A stretch of DNA of 64,000 bases from Selaginella moellendorffii. Its lineage: Eukaryota; Plantae; Lycopodiophyta. Every line of letters begins with the position of its first letter. Within the stretch, counting starts at the first letter, position 1. The position numbers were made by a program, and so were the translations under genes. The stretch spans positions 372,001 to 436,000 of the forward strand of contig NW_003314350.1 of NCBI RefSeq assembly GCF_000143415.4, given 5' to 3'. Below are positions 48,450-60,263 of this stretch, piece after piece. The notes below the pieces were generated by a model. It was given only the letters and a program-made list of their open reading frames with translations, did no database searches and was not told where the DNA came from.

Positions 48450-49817
48450 ATGAAAATCTGGGCACTCGCCGCCGCGGCCGCTGCCATTCTCGCGGCGATC
48501 GTCTCCCAGTACACGCTGTGCAGGGATTTGCTGCTCTCTAGGCTAGGGATTTGCTGGTTAGGATCATCGGGAATAGCAGTAGCCCCAGCTAGAAATCTCT
48601 CGCTTCTCTGGATGGCGCCATTCTTCTCTCCCAGCGGCTATGGCTCCGAGGCGCTCTCCTACGTCCAATCCCTCCGGGGCGGTGAAATTTCGAAGATCAA
48701 GATCGTCCAGCATGGGGATTTGGAAGATTATCAGTACTGGAATGGGCTCCCTCGCGAGACAAAGAAGCTGCTGCTCAGGATGAATGGGGAAGAAATCCAG
48801 CTCAGGGAATCCATAGTCATCTGTCACAGCGAGCCGGGAGCTTGGTTTCCACCGCTTTTTTCGACGGTTCCATGCCCGCCTGGTGATTATCGCGAGCCTC
48901 TCTACGTCATTGGCAGAACCATGTTTGAGACCGATCGCCTGTCTCTCGAGCACGTCAAGCGCTGCAATGCCATGGACGAGGTATGGGTTCCTTCCCAGTT
49001 TAACGTGGAAACTTTTGCTTCCAGTGGAGTTTTACGCTCCAAGTTGGTCAAGGTGCCTCAAGCGGTTGATACGCATTTTTTCGATCCCGGGCGAGTCACT
49101 CCACTGAAACTCTCCACAGCAGGCCGGGTTTTGGGTCGAGGTTCTGAGGATTCGGAGTTTCTGGCAAGAAGTAGCTTCGTTTTTCTCAGTATCTTCAAGT
49201 GGGAGACTCGGAAAGGCTGGGACGTTTTACTACAGGCATTCTTGGAGGAGTTTTCGGCCGACGACGACGTTGCTTTGTATGTGTTGACGAGCTCCTACCA
49301 TTCGGATGGCCATTTCGGTGACAAAGTTTTGGAGTTCACGCGAGCGATGGGATTAGAAGAGCATTCCAGCGGCTGGCCTCGAGTTTACATCCGTGACGCG
49401 CACGTCCCACAGGTTGATCTTCCGCGTTTGTACAAGGCCGCCAGTGCTTTCGTGCTGCCGTCTAGAGGAGAAGGCTGGGGGAGGCCTCACGTCGAGGCCA
49501 TGGCTATGGAACTGCCAGTGATTGCGACCAACTGGTCAGGCTCCACGGAGTTCATGACGCCCGACAACAGCTACGGTCTAGCAGTGGAGAGACTGAGCGA
49601 GATCAAAGAGGGAGCTTTCAAGGGACATAAATGGGCCGAGCCGTCGGTGAGCGAGCTACGGAGCCTGATGAGGCGGGTGTTCACGTACCGCGACGAGGCA
49701 GGAGCTAAAGGCGTACAAGCAAGGAAGGACATGGTGACCAAGTACTCTCCTGAGAAGATTGCCGACGTGATCCTCAAAGAATTACTCCGCATACAAAAGC
49801 AGCGTAAGTTTTTGTGA
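48450..49817 (+). CDS. GT-B glycosyltransferase family 4 (Glycos_transf_1), intronless
   Basis: Signal anchor; SGYGSEA, GRTMFETD, FKWETRKGWD and RGEGWGRPHVEAM motifs. Confidence 0.93.
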   Translation: MKIWALAAAAAAILAAIVSQYTLCRDLLLSRLGICWLGSSGIAVAPARNLSLLWMAPFFSPSGYGSEALSYVQSLRGGEISKIKIVQHGDLEDYQYWNGLPRETKKLLLRMNGEEIQLRESIVICHSEPGAWFPPLFSTVPCPPGDYREPLYVIGRTMFETDRLSLEHVKRCNAMDEVWVPSQFNVETFASSGVLRSKLVKVPQAVDTHFFDPGRVTPLKLSTAGRVLGRGSEDSEFLARSSFVFLSIFKWETRKGWDVLLQAFLEEFSADDDVALYVLTSSYHSDGHFGDKVLEFTRAMGLEEHSSGWPRVYIRDAHVPQVDLPRLYKAASAFVLPSRGEGWGRPHVEAMAMELPVIATNWSGSTEFMTPDNSYGLAVERLSEIKEGAFKGHKWAEPSVSELRSLMRRVFTYRDEAGAKGVQARKDMVTKYSPEKIADVILKELLRIQKQRKFL

Positions 49818-50991
49818 TTTCGTTTGCATTTCGGTCTCTTCCAGAAGTTTTGACTCTGTTTACAGGTGACAATCGCATGCCCGATAATTGGTCGGTAGCT
49901 TTGTGAGATCTTATTCGCTAAGCCGGGTGTAATTTCAAGCCATGAATTTCTATGAAACTTTCCGTGATTGCGGGTCGCAATCACGACCAAAATTTCTCCG
50001 TGAGCAAGGGAGCCTATACGAAGGACTTCCAGAAAATCCCGGTAACTTTTGATTCTTTTTCTTCAGAAAGTCGTTTTCAAATTTGACAATCTCCCCGTGC
50101 AGAAGCTGTATATTCACAGAAGAAGTTCCACAGACCAGCCAAAGCGAACCTGTCAACCATATTACCAGAACTTCTCACCTCGTGTAAAACTGTAGCTCGG
50201 TATTCTGTTTTGACATCGTATTTTAATTTTTCCAGGAGTTTCCATATGAATCAAGCCAAGACGACCTGACGATGACAGACTATCCTGCCAACATCAAGCA
50301 AAGCACACGTATATGGGCATCAGTACGATCAAAGTGAGTGGTGTTTCAAGCACGTAACTTTTACAAATTTCTCGCACGTTGCCTTCGCATTCGCTTGCAA
50401 CCACTACTTTCGACTTTTACAGGATGCCTACGTATCATCTGTTTTCCTTCACACATGATGGTGAATAGCCGAAATCTTGGTGGTGGAGCAATGGGTGACG
50501 CTTGAGATCTTGGCCGGTGATAAATCGAGCTCTTGGGCGCCACAAAACAGGTATCTTGCACATAACACATGCTCCAGGTGCGAACAGTGTCTCCCAGAGA
50601 CTTTCTTGTGTGTTTTACGTCGATAGATTGATAGATCTGCGCGAGCCGAAAGGCTTCGTAGGCAATCTATTTTCTTCCCAGCATCAACCTATCGATCGTC
50701 CTCTCCTATAGCTACACGAAAGAGTAACCTCTTTTTGACTTTTGACTCTTTTTTTTCTTTTTTTTTTTTGGGTGGAGTTTTGACATTTTTCTTGGGAGGA
50801 CAGAGGCAGTGCATATGTGTTGCCTCTCAGATGCCCGAAAATGCCATCTGTGTTTGATCAGGCGGAACGTCACCTTCGTTAGGTATGAGCCAACTTTTTC
50901 TAATTAGGAGATAATCGGCACTAGTCATTGTAATCATAGCTCTAATCGAGGTGCGAAGATGGAAGCTAGATTATTACTTCTAGCCAAGCCC

Positions 50992-51083
50992 AAAAGCCTG
51001 CATTAGTAGCAGCCTAGATGGAAGCAAATACCAAGTCCAAAAGCCTGCATTAGTAGCAGCCTAGAAGGAAGCAAATACCAAGA
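50992..51083. repeat. 47-bp tandem duplication upstream of HMGR
   Basis: aaaagcctgcattagtagcagcctaga(t/a)ggaagcaaataccaag occurs twice. Confidence 0.8.
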
Positions 51084-51988
51084 GATGCTTTTCAAATTAG
51101 ATGCTTCTGCATGAGATTTGTAGTTTGAAACTTGCATTTTACATACATCACTCTTATGTTTCATGATGAAATAGTATATACTTGCACACTCAATTTGAAG
51201 TCAAAATATATATATGTTGAAAGATTCAACAGTGTGGCGACACAAATTTAGGTTAGACTTCCACCACCTTGCTGAAACTTCTCCCCGGGAAATGTTGTAA
51301 AAAGAAGTAGAGTTTACATCGTAGCATACGACCCAGTATTGCACGACCCAGTATCACATGCCTTTGCCGCTGGCAACAGTACCACAGCGATACGATCTCG
51401 ATTTGCCGCTTAAAGTAATGGCAATGGAATCTTTCTCATAGACTATCCCTAGAATATTCAGTCAGTTGAACTGAAAAAGGACACCACATACCGTTAACCC
51501 CAAAATAAAAGGGCAAAAACCAATAGAATAAGGAACGGCCACGATCGCTCCGGCGCATCTGGGCCGTCCGCAAGATTGTCCACGCAATAGAAAGGCATCT
51601 GTGCCGTCGGTGGCCGGATCCAACGGCTGCTGTTGCGCCAGGGCGATGTAGCTGGATTTTTCACCACTTGTTTGGTTTGTTTGTACGTATGCCCTGGGCG
51701 CTGCTTCTTCATAACTGTGTGCCCTCCATTCCATGGGCGCTCAAAGGCTTGCTTCTTCCGGGCTCTCTCTTGTCATTCCAACGAGTGGAAGATCTTGATC
51801 CATATCCTAGGGTTTTGATCTCCGGCCGAGTCTTGGATCCCAGAGATTGGCGCCGGGAGTGGCGCCTGGAAGAGATCGGCTCGGGTAACAGCGTCTCCCT
51901 TTTTCCTCGGTAGCGGCTAGGATTCTGATTGATTTGCGGCCCCGCGGTGCGATCGATCGCTCAATCTAGCCCGAAATATCGAAGATCC

Positions 51989-53889
51989 ATGGCCAGCGGC
52001 GGCAGGAATCTGCATGTCTCGCCCCGGCTCGCGTCGGATGCGCTGCCGCTGCCCGTGAGTGTGACCAACAAGCTCTTCTTGATCCTTTTCTTCTCGGCGT
52101 CCTACTACCTGATGCGGCGATGGAGGGAAAAGATCCGGACCTCGACTCCATTGTACATGCTGACGCTGGAGGAGCAGCTAGCGGTGATCACCCAGATCGC
52201 CTCCTTCATCTATCTCATCGGCTTCTTCGGCATTGAGTATGTCCAGAGCGTCATCAACAAGAACGCTGATGAGGACGAGCGGCCCGCCGCCCAGCACGAG
52301 ATCGCCAGCAAGAGACCGCCCGCGGAGCTCCTGGGGAAGCCACTGCCGGACAACAACGACGAGGATCTGGCACAGGCAGTGAGCTCCGGGAGGGTCGCGT
52401 CCTACTCGCTGGAGACCGAGCTGGGTGATGAGCTGAGGGCCGCGTCGGTGAGGAAGAGGGCGATCGAGCTCAGCACTGGGCGGTCTCTGGAGGAGCTGCC
52501 TTTGCACGGGATGGACTACAAGAGCATTGTGGGACAATGCTGCGAGATGGTGGTGGGCTACGTCCAGATCCCTGTGGGTGTGGCCGGTCCCTTGCTGCTG
52601 GATGGTTTGGAGTACACTGTGCCGATGGCTACCACGGAGGGATGCTTGGTGGCGAGCACCAACCGTGGTTGCAAGGCGATTCATCAGTCCGGCGGTGCCG
52701 TGAGCGAGATTTTGAAAGACGGGATCACTCGGGCTCCCGTCGTGAGCTTCTCGTCTCTCAAAGGTGCTGCCGAGCTCAAGTTTTACCTCGAGGATACTAA
52801 CAACTTCGACACCATTTCGACCGTTTTTAACAGGTGAGTTGAATGGTAGAATGGTTTTGGAGCATTCCTGTAGTCCTGCTGCTGAGCTGATGGCTATTCT
52901 TTTTTGATCGCAGGACGAGTAGATTCGCCAGGTTGCAAAGTGTTAAATGCTTGCTGGCTGGTCGAAACGCATACATTAGATTCTGTTGCTCCACTGGTGA
53001 CGCAATGGGGATGAACATGATCTCCAAGGGGGTCCAAAACGTTTTGGACTATCTTCACGATGTATTCCCCGACATGTGTGTTATCAGCGTCTCTGGTAAA
53101 TTTCCTTGAAGATGTCTTGTCCCTTGGTCTGAGTTGCAAACTTGTCTTCCCAGGGAACTTATGCGCTGACAAGAAGGCAACATCAGTGAACTGGATCGAG
53201 GGGCGAGGGAAATCCGTCGTCTGCGAAGCGGTGATAAAGGGCGACGTGGTCTCCAAGGTCTTGAAGACATCGGTGTCCGCCCTGGTGGAGCTCAACACGC
53301 TCAAGAACTTGGTCGGATCGGCTCTCGCGGGTGCCGTTGGTGGATTCAACGCTCACGCCTCCAACATCGTCTCGGCCGTGTTCATCGCCACCGGCCAGGA
53401 TCCGGCACAGAACGTCGAGAGCTCGCAGTGCTTGACACTCATGGAGGCAACCAACTGTGGCAAGGATCTCTACGTGTCGGTGACAATGCCATCGGTGGAG
53501 GTACGCTGAAGTTTCAAAAGTTTTCCTGTTTGTTTATCTCTCTGCTGGTGCTTTGGTCTAACCAAGCTTTTTCTTTCTCTTGCTTTTTGCTTGCACAGGT
53601 TGGAACGATCGGTGGTGGCACGCAGCTCGCGTCGCAGAGCGCTTGTCTCAATCTGCTTGGAATCAAAGGCTCCAATCCCGACTCGCCGGGATTGAATGCG
53701 CAGACACTCGCCAGAGTTGTGGCTGGCGCTGTGCTCGCTGGTGAATTGTCGCTCATGTCTGCCTTGGCAGCCGGGCAGCTGGTCAAGAGCCACATGAAGT
53801 ACAATCGATCCAGCAAGAACATCGCTGCCGCTGGCGAGCAGCAGCAGCAGAGCTTGGACGGATTGAGGCAGCGATGTTCGTCGTCGTGA
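51989..53889 (+). CDS. HMGR: 3-hydroxy-3-methylglutaryl-CoA reductase, 4 exons
   Basis: Two TM helices; [30 protein letters not shown] and GTIGGGT motifs; introns at about 52834-52913, 53096-53153 and 53501-53598. Confidence 0.97.
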
Positions 53890-54268
53890 AGTAAATACAG
53901 TTCTCTTGCCTCGAAGAACAAAATAAAAACCAGAGAGAATTTTTTTTTTAAAAAAAAAAGCCATGGTTTTTGTTTGGTAGTATTATATAATATCTCGCCT
54001 AGATTTCGTGTAATATATTAAAACTACTGTTTGGAGTTTTCGTGCTTATTTGGAATTTGGTTTGCGTTCGTTTAGCGTTCAAAGATGAGCCTCGTTGAGG
54101 TAAGCAAAGACTTTGAATGGCAATTAAAGAATAATTTTGCGGCTGGCAACGCATAGTTGTATTCCAGAACACTTCTACTTATTGGTTCTTTCAACAGAGT
54201 TGCCATGGTTGTATTCTAGAACACTTCTACTTATTAGTTCTCTCAAGAGCTCCAAGAGAGAAGAAAAA

Positions 54269-54514
54269 ATGGAGAGAGGCTTGAATTTTTCTGAGAAGTA
54301 TAGAGAGAATGACCGGTTTGTGGTCTATCGCACTATCCCTGCTGAATTTAAGAGTTTAGTCCAAGAATTGACTGGCATGAACAGCACAGCTTCTTCCAAA
54401 AATCCTGGAAGGGCAAATGTGATGGGAGCGACAAACTGTCAGGATAAATCTGAAAAGTTAATAGTAGAAGATGGATATAGTCTTGGAAGTATAGTCACAA
54501 AAGCTATACAATAA
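54269..54514 (+). CDS. Small VQ-motif protein (81 aa)
   Basis: FKSLVQELTG matches the FxxxVQxLTG motif. Confidence 0.6.
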   Translation: MERGLNFSEKYRENDRFVVYRTIPAEFKSLVQELTGMNSTASSKNPGRANVMGATNCQDKSEKLIVEDGYSLGSIVTKAIQ

Positions 54515-54744
54515 TGCAATATCAAGCACAAATGTCCTTTTGATCATTTTAGATAATAATATAGATCTTTATCTATTTAGAAACAAATATCTTAACCTTG
54601 CAAGAGAGGCAATGTATGAATAAAAATATATTAATTTGAACATTGAAAGAAGTACAAAGATTTATGGCTAAGAATAATGATATAAAGAAAAATATAAATA
54701 ATAACATAATTTTAGTTTTATTTATAATTTTTGGTTTGCTTAGG

Positions 54745-54875
54745 GATGGTAATGGATATACCTAGAATATTCTTGGATATTCTAGAATATTCTACTATCT
54801 AACGGTTGTTATTCATTTAGATTAATCTTGTATTTATAAATTATAAACTTTTTAAAACACTTTCTAGTATATTCA
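54745..54875. repeat. AT-rich dispersed repeat, inverted copy of about 296-431
   Basis: Reverse-complement similarity to the window start. Confidence 0.6.
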
Positions 54876-55968
54876 TTAATCAACTTGTTACAAAAAGTTT
54901 ATTTGTAATATAGTAATTATATTCCTTTAATAATTACCTCCTGTATAAATGCAATGCATTGCTTTGGTCCTTTTGATATTGATCTTTATGCTACAAAAGT
55001 ATAAACCATGATAGATTAATTAAATAATCAAAATTAAATCAGGGCATTGCCTGAAGTATTTGTGCAAATCAAAGTTACATTGCTCCTTTCTGCTATAAAT
55101 TTGATAGCTACAACAGTCCTACAAAAATATTGCATATGCAAATTATTCACTCCACTTGGACATATGACAGTCAATTTATTGCCTAGCATATTTAAACAAA
55201 TCTCCTTTGCCAAATCCGCTTTACAATATGCTCAACCAGCTCTTTACTGGAAATGGGACAACATCTATAAGTATTGCATTTGGTATGCAACGCTCCTGTG
55301 CAGAAGGTTGAGCAATTCGAACTTTGCAAGTGCTAAGACTGCCAAAACAATCAAAATCAGTTAAAAACTCACCTTAACAGCAGCCATGAAAGTTTGATCC
55401 TTTTGAAGATTTTGAAGATGCACCGACACCCTCACAAAAGCAGAACTACGTGGTCCCAGATAGTGCTCTAAAGAGAAACAAACAACAAATATCAGAATCG
55501 AGAGCCACATAGAAACAGCTCACATAAAAAGATGCGCATGGATGCGTGGGTAGCCCAAATACAGGACTGATGTTTCCCACAGAGGTCCTTATTTTCCTTG
55601 TTCACCAACACGAAATGAGCACAAGAAAACCACTCAAAAGCATGATACCTATCAAGTCGACATTTGCAGTTCCAACAGCTTGGGTAGAACTTGGACCAAC
55701 TTGGTGCATGGTGTCGTTGAGACCAATCTGTAAGGGAGTTAAATTAGTCATTACAGAAAACAATGAGATTTACTTGGACAAACCTCCAGAAGGCTGTAGT
55801 GACAATTAACACTAGAATATAAAAAAACTCAAGTCCCTAGGTAACAATAATTTTAATGTACTTATTCATCTTTGTGTTTGTGGAATTCCCTTCCACATTT
55901 TTAGTGCACTGCCTGGGAACAAAGAGGAACTAAGTTCTACATTATCTCCATTGTGCCCCCAAAATCTA

Positions 55969-56862
55969 CTATATCACATTCAACAGCATGGACACCAAGC
56001 ATGTCCCAGAGATCATTGTCAAAGATTGTGGTAGCAAAGACTTTGGCGAAAAGCTTGCTGCTATCAAGTCACGTAAAGAATCTTGGACAAAGAAGAGCCC
56101 GACCTTCCTGTTGACCCCAATGCCCTGGAGGTCCACCACCACGCACTTTCTAAACCCCACCGCGTCCACAGCATCCAGCTCCTTGACGGGATCCTCTCCG
56201 TTGTCAGAAAACGCCTTGATCAACTTCCTGACCGAAAATGCCATCAGCATGCCCCTGTAGTCCTCGTAGCTGACAATCCACTCGAGCGCATTGTACTTCA
56301 ATGCCTTGGTAGGCACTGTGAGAAGGATGTTGCCAGTTGAAACCTGGTTCCGCCAGATCGTAGTATCCTTGTAATTCTCAGAAATACTTTGAGAAACCTC
56401 GTCTTGCACATGTTTGTCGATTACAAACGCAGGAGGCATGGGAATCAGGCCGAGCTTAAATTAAGAGACGCACCTGACGGCTTCGATACTCCTGATCTGG
56501 CATGCCTTCAGCGGCTCCATCGAGGGCGCCATCTCTGGGTCATAAAAGTAGGAAGGCAAGCTCCAGGTGCGCGGGATCTTCATGCTGGCGACGCAGGTCG
56601 GGGCAGTCTCAGTGAGCGTCTCGAATGTACTCGTTGAGCAATTCTAGGGGGCAGCCGCGCGCAGTGAACTCATTGTCGTAGCAGATATCGGAGAAGAGAA
56701 ACAGGGAGGTGTCGTAGACGAGCTGGAGAGGAGGAGCAGGAGCTCGTGTGCATGCGCAAGCGGATCGACCAATAGCTGCAATAGCCTGATGTCAGCCGGG
56801 CTCTCGTGTATCCTGTACTGTGACTCACCTGGACACAGTCGCCGCCACAACCAAGGGTTTAG
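55969..56862 (-). pseudogene. Copy A of an uncharacterised, possibly NYN/PIN-like gene
   Basis: 156-aa ORF ending KCVVVDLQGIG..PQSLTMISG; reverse-complement homologous to 57288-57983 and homologous to 63500-63717. Confidence 0.55.
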
Positions 56863-57287
56863 GTAAGTTCAGACACGTAAAAGGAAGAATTCAGAATGGT
56901 GGTGCATAAGTACCACTTTCACAAGATGCATGGTTGCATTGGACACTTCCTCCTCAATTCCACTAACCAGGGGTGACGCGCTAGAGCTCATGGTAATCGT
57001 GGTGATCACCACTACTTTTCCTGCACTGCACTTTCTGGTGGGAGTGAGTTCTCCGAGTAAAGTAGGCTTTGGTTTCTTCCTTTGGGAGAAACGTCTTTGA
57101 ATTATGAAGGGATCCACACGCTCAGATCCCTCTTGGCACTCTCGTGTCTTCCACTCCAGGCCGCGGGTGAAAATGCACCTGTCTTTCACGTTGAAACCGC
57201 ATAATCACCTTCTCATCTCGCTCATTCTCTCACGACAATCAACAAAGCTCGAGGACCACTTGTAAGAATGACCGCAAAGTTCTTATA

Positions 57288-57983
57288 CCTAAACTTGGAC
57301 GGCATGGTGGTGTGGCGGCGACTGTGTCCAGATGAGTGACGGTAAATTACGGCTGAGAGCTGCAGCTATTGTCGATCCGCTCGCACATGCAGCACACTTG
57401 CACGAACCCCTGCTCCTCCTCTCCAGCTCGTCTACGACAACACGACCTCCCTGCTTCTCTTCTCCGATCTATGCTACGGCAGTGAGTTCATGGCTCGAGA
57501 ATCGCTCAACCAGTACATGACCAGCGCTTACTTCGACATCTGCCCCGACCTGCGTCGCCGGCACGCAGATGCCGCCTACTGGCCGACGCCCTGGAGCCTG
57601 CCTGCCTGCCTGCTTTTATCTATTCCCACGGACTCTCCCTGCCTCGTCCCCAATAAGTGCTTTCATTGAGATGCCACCCTCGATGGAGCCCCTGAAGGCA
57701 TGCCAGATCAGGAGCATCGAAACTGTCGAGTGCATCTCATCGTTCGAGCTCGGCCTGATTTCCATTCCTCTTGTGTTTGTAATCGACAAAAGCGTGCAAG
57801 ATGAGGTTTCTATTTCCGAGGAATATGAGTATACTACGATCTGGCAGAACCGGGTTTCAACCAGCAACATCCTTCTCGCGGCGCCAACCAAGGCTTTCCA
57901 AGTACAACGCACTTGAGTGGATTCTCAAGGATTACCAAGGCATGCCAATGGTATTATCGGTCAGGAAGTTCATCAAGGGGTGT
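57288..57983 (+). pseudogene. Copy B (5' part) of the same gene, interrupted by the copia insertion
   Basis: FVIDKSVQDEVS..TTIWQNRVSTSNILL..KYNALEWI..SVRKFIKG, colinear with copy A. Confidence 0.7.
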
Positions 57984-58028
57984 TGATGGAATGGGAAAAG
58001 GTACTGTTGAATGCTTGTTGTATATAGT

Positions 58029-60263
58029 CATGGTTGGTCCCGACCGTTCCGAACGCCGACCGGCCGACCGCCCGACCGTGGTTATCGACCGGCTGTGAAA
58101 ATGCCGAACGGCCGAACGGTTCACAAAAATTTTTTGATAAAAAAAAAAACATTTTTAGTAAAACCATATTAATAAAAGTAGAAAAACCAAAGTATTAAAC
58201 CAAACCAAACCAAACCAAACCAAACCAAAGCATTAAACCAAACCAAACCAACTACTACTCATCTTCTTCAACATCTTCGGCAAGTTCCTCAACATCTCCG
58301 GCATCTTCCTCAACAATCACATCTTCATTTGGAAGATCTTCTTCGGCTAAATCTTCTATACCAAGAGATTCAAGCCTAGCTTGCATCTCTACAATCCTCA
58401 TCCATTGTGGTTCGATTGCAATTGTGTCGAGATCAATCTCTAGGAACTTCATTCCTTCACTTTCAATACGATCCACCACTCTGGTGTTACTGTGTACATA
58501 AACTAACTTCTTCAAGTTCTCCGGAAGCAAGCGATTGCGTCGTTTGGTTTGGATCAAGTTCCAACTACTCCAATTTCGCTCAATTTCGCTCAAAATAGGA
58601 GCTACCATAACCAATAAAGTAGAAGCGTTCTTCCAAAATTCATCATTGAAAATTGTTGTACAAACATCTTTGGCATCCTTTGTGTTATACCACTTTGACG
58701 ATTCAAATTCTGCACTCACTATGAATCGTCGAAGGCATGGGAAAACATCTTCATGCTGGAGCTGGCTGACCATAAGAAAGATGTAAGCAAATCGAGTCTT
58801 CGCAGGCTTCATGAGTTCTCTAGAGCAGAATTTTCGAAATAAAGCAAGTAACATTGGCTTCTCAGTTATGAACTTCACGATCTTCTCACAGTCATTTACG
58901 ATCTTAGACACCCAATCAAACTTCCCAATATCCTCCAATAACAAGTCCAAAACATGGCACACGCATCGATTGTGTAAGATAAAGGGGAATTCTTCTCTCA
59001 TATGTTCCCCCATCGATACACAATTCGAAGCATTGTCAGTGATGACTTGAACAACATTTTCAACACCAACATCTAAAATGATGGGTCTAAGTTGCTCCCA
59101 AAGCCAAAGACCAGTCTTCTCTTCTCCTTTGGTGTCAACACCCTGCCAAAATACTGAGCCATGGATAGAGGTAATCATGAAATTTATGAATGATCTGCTC
59201 TTTATATCAGACCATCCATCAGTCACTATTGTACATCCAAACCGAGCCCATCCATCACGAAAAGGGGCTAACTTCTCCTTGATTAGAGTATAGTGACGAG
59301 TGAGCTGAGTAGTACGAAGCTTTTTGTAACCAAGAATCCTCGATGTAGCACTAGGTCCAGCACTACAAGCGGCTGCGATCATCGCATGAAAATATGGGCT
59401 TTTCACAACATTAAATGGTATAGCATTCAAGAAAATGAACTTTGATATCGCATCATCTAAGTTCATGTTTCTTGCATCATCAAACATTTCCCCAATATTG
59501 CCATCTCGCATTCGCTTTCGACCAATAGATGATCCCTCATGGCCTATAGAAGCACTCATAGGCTGAGATTGACTAGCACTTTGTGTACCAGCTCCAGAAG
59601 CAGATGCCCCATCAAAATGCCTATTCTGTAGATTTGCTGTAGAAGGTAAAGACAAAGGGGCATTTGCGATTTGCTCCACAAACATTCGGCGAGCTTGGTT
59701 CTGAACATGAAGAGGAACATTTGAAGCACTACATGCTTCAATATCATGCCCAGAAACTTTAGCAAGATGCGCCTTGATTCGTTTCGGCGGACCGCCATAC
59801 ATTTTACCACAATAATTACATTTCCAACGCCCAGCTCCTTTGCCGGAAGCATAAGGAGTGAGCTTGGTAACATGGGACCATGCCCAATCGGGCGCCATCA
59901 CTCAATTGTGCCAGAATTGCTATGAATCTCTAGAATCAAATCTCTGAAATCACTGGAATTTCCAATTTAGGGCAAAAATTTCAAGCGTTGCGGACTGCGC
60001 GATTTGATTTGCGAGGCAGCGAGCTGCTCTGCTCCACACTCAATCGAAAGCAGAGGCAGTGGTGATGGCAATCGAAAGCAGAGGCAGTGGTGGTGATGGC
60101 GATAGCCGCTGGAGCATCAGAAATCTAGCGCAATCACAATTTTTTTTTTTCACATTTTTTTTTTTGCCGAACAGAATACCGAACGGAGCTGTCCGACCGC
60201 GTTCGGCCGACCGCGTTCGGCGGCGGTCGGAATTATGGCCGAACGCGTTCGGGACCAACCATG
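58029..60263 (-). mobile_element. hAT DNA transposon, 2235 bp
   Basis: Perfect 15-bp TIR CATGGTTGGTCCCGA; 8-bp TSD TATATAGT at 58021-58028 and 60264-60271; CCGA(A/C)CG subterminal repeats. Confidence 0.96.
58255..59898 (-). CDS. hAT transposase (BED finger, DUF659-type), internally deleted but open
   Basis: WKCNYC..IKAHLA BED finger, TDGWSD, VITDNA, CVCHVLDL, TRFA, ERNWS..KRRNRL. Confidence 0.9.
   Translation of the reverse strand: MAPDWAWSHVTKLTPYASGKGAGRWKCNYCGKMYGGPPKRIKAHLAKVSGHDIEACSASNVPLHVQNQARRMFVEQIANAPLSLPSTANLQNRHFDGASASGAGTQSASQSQPMSASIGHEGSSIGRKRMRDGNIGEMFDDARNMNLDDAISKFIFLNAIPFNVVKSPYFHAMIAAACSAGPSATSRILGYKKLRTTQLTRHYTLIKEKLAPFRDGWARFGCTIVTDGWSDIKSRSFINFMITSIHGSVFWQGVDTKGEEKTGLWLWEQLRPIILDVGVENVVQVITDNASNCVSMGEHMREEFPFILHNRCVCHVLDLLLEDIGKFDWVSKIVNDCEKIVKFITEKPMLLALFRKFCSRELMKPAKTRFAYIFLMVSQLQHEDVFPCLRRFIVSAEFESSKWYNTKDAKDVCTTIFNDEFWKNASTLLVMVAPILSEIERNWSSWNLIQTKRRNRLLPENLKKLVYVHSNTRVVDRIESEGMKFLEIDLDTIAIEPQWMRIVEMQARLESLGIEDLAEEDLPNEDVIVEEDAGDVEELAEDVEEDE

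Noticed and set aside
50795-50830. Partial match to miR408 (ATGCACTGCCTCT on the minus strand) and a tiny GAGGCA/TGCCTC hairpin
   Set aside because: Only 13 nt match, and there is no extended precursor stem.
48450-53889. Possible terpenoid or metabolic gene cluster (HMGR, glycosyltransferase, AKR, peroxidase)
   Set aside because: The glycosyltransferase is GT4 rather than a small-molecule UGT, there is no terpene synthase or P450, and the genes are interspersed with unrelated housekeeping genes.
58196-58251. (AAACC)n tract resembling telomeric repeat
   Set aside because: It is a pentamer microsatellite inside the hAT element, not TTTAGGG.
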